From Phoronis australis (lineage: Eukaryota; Animalia; Phoronida), in assembly GCA_002633005.1 (NCBI GenBank), contig NMRA01000042.1:484770-548769 (forward strand): a stretch of 64,000 nt of DNA, in the 5' to 3' direction. The translations under genes were made by a program, and so were the position numbers. Positions 62,618-64,000 of this stretch are shown here, one piece after another. A model generated the notes under the pieces. The model made no database searches and had not been told where the DNA came from. It worked only from the letters and a program-made list of their open reading frames with translations. Position 1 is the first letter of the stretch. Each line of letters opens with the position of its first letter.

Positions 62618-64000
62618 TTGGCTGGGGCCCGCCTAAGTGCTACGCCCGGGCCTGCCTGCGCTGCCTCCGGCAGCTTGGCCGAGGCCCGCCTAAGTGCTAC
62701 GCCGGAGCCTGCGTGCGCTGCCTCCGGCAGCTCGGCTGAGGCCCGCCTAAGTGCTACCCCGGAGCCTGCCTGCGCTGCCTCCGGCAGCTCGCCGGCTGAG
62801 GCCAGCCTAACTGCTACGCCGGAGCCTGCCTGCGCTGCCTCTGTCAGCTCGGCTGAGGCCCGCCTAAGTGTTACGCCGGAGCCTGCCTGCGCTGCCTCCG
62901 GCAGCTCGGCTGAGGCCCGCCTAAGTGCTACGCCGGAGCCTGCCTGCGCTGCCTCCGGCAGCTTGTCTGAGGCCCGCCTAAGTGCTACGCCGGAGCGGGC
63001 CTGCGCTGCCTCCGGCAGCTCGGCTGAGGCCCGCCTATGTGCTACGCCGGAGCCTCATGTGCCTGCGCTGCCCCCGGCAGCTCGCCGGCTGAGGCCCACC
63101 TAAGTGCTACGCCTGAGCCAGCCTGCGCTGCCTCAGGCAGCTCGGCTGAGGCCCGTCTAAGTGTTACGCCGGAGCCTGCCTGCGCTGCCTCCGGCAGCTT
63201 GGCTGAGGCCCGCCTAAGTGCTACGCCCGGGCCTGCCTGCGCTGCCTCCGGCAGCTTGGCTGAGGCCCGCCTAAGTGCTACGCCCGGGTCTGCCTGCGCT
63301 GCCTCCGGCAGCTTGGCTGGGGCCCGCCTAAGTGCTACGCCCGGGCCTGCCTGCGCTGCCTCCGGCAGCTTGACTGGGGCCCGCCTAAGTGCTACGTCCG
63401 GGCCTGCCTGCGCTGCCTCCGGCAGCCTGGCCGAGGCCCGCATAAGTGCTGCGCCGGAGCTTGCCTGCGCTGCCTCCGGCAGCTTGGCCGAGGCCCGCCT
63501 AAGTGCTACGCCGGAGCCTGCGTGCGCTGACTCCGGCAGCTCGGCTGAGGCCCGCCTAAGTGCTACGCCGGAGCCTGCCTGCGCTGCCTCCGGCAGCTCG
63601 CCGGCTGAGGCCAGCCTAAGTGCTACGCCGGAGCCTGCCTGCGCTGCCTCTGTCAGCTCGGCTGAGGCCCGCCTAAGTGTTACGCCGGAGCCTGCCTGCG
63701 CTGCCTCCGGCAGCTAGGCTGAGGCCCGCCTAAGTGCTACGCCGGAGCCTGCCTGCGCTGCCTCCGGCAGCTCGTCTGAGGCCCGCCTAAGTGCTACGCC
63801 GGAGCGGGCCTGCGCTGCCTCCGGCAGCTCGGCTGAGGCCCGCCTAAGTGCTACGCCGGAGCCTCATGTGCCTGCGCTGCCCCCGGCAGGTCGGCTGAGG
63901 CCCACCTAAGTGCTACGCCTGAGCCAGCCTGCGCTGCCTCCGGCAGCTCGCCGGCTGAGGCCAGCCTAAGTGCTACGCCGGAGCCTGCCTGCGCTGCCTC
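62618..64000. repeat. GC-rich 57-bp minisatellite (about 24 units, continues off-window)
   Basis: Unit GGCTGAGGCCCGCCTAAGTGCTACGCCGGAGCCTGCCTGCGCTGCCTCCGGCAGCTC with +3-nt and +4-nt variants. Confidence 0.95.

Noticed and set aside
62618-63717. 161-aa and 226-aa repeat ORFs as a protein gene
   Set aside because: No ATG or splice context, frameshifting 4-nt insertions and an in-frame stop; explained by the 57-bp repeat.

Overview
Eukaryotic (metazoan) genomic DNA, intron-rich, roughly 40% GC by eye, with two N gaps. It is probably an invertebrate deuterostome such as a hemichordate, but the taxon is an impression only. Three spliced genes were reconstructed by hand with phase-checked splice sites. 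(1) The 5' part of ACBD3/GCP60 on the minus strand: 5 exons visible, one expected exon missing, 3' end off-window. (2) A divergently transcribed two-exon Fos/ATF3-like bZIP gene (178 aa). (3) A complete 23-coding-exon, about 1120-aa CACHD1/alpha2delta-like VWA + double-dCache membrane protein gene. Introns are packed with non-autonomous DNA transposons (TSDs of 3, 4, 5, 6, 7 and 8 bp) and with a Helentron/DINE-1-type (HINE) family whose ~150-bp internal tandem units carry CTCF-consensus-like motifs. The window ends in a GC-rich 57-bp minisatellite. Main leads: HINE-borne CTCF motif arrays convergent around the locus; a CACHD1-like receptor with an intact MIDAS, two complete amino-acid-binding dCache motifs and two possible TM/cytoplasmic tails; a GASE-like motif at ACBD3; and kB-flanked immediate-early features of the bZIP gene. 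Most ORFs in the supplied track are spurious.
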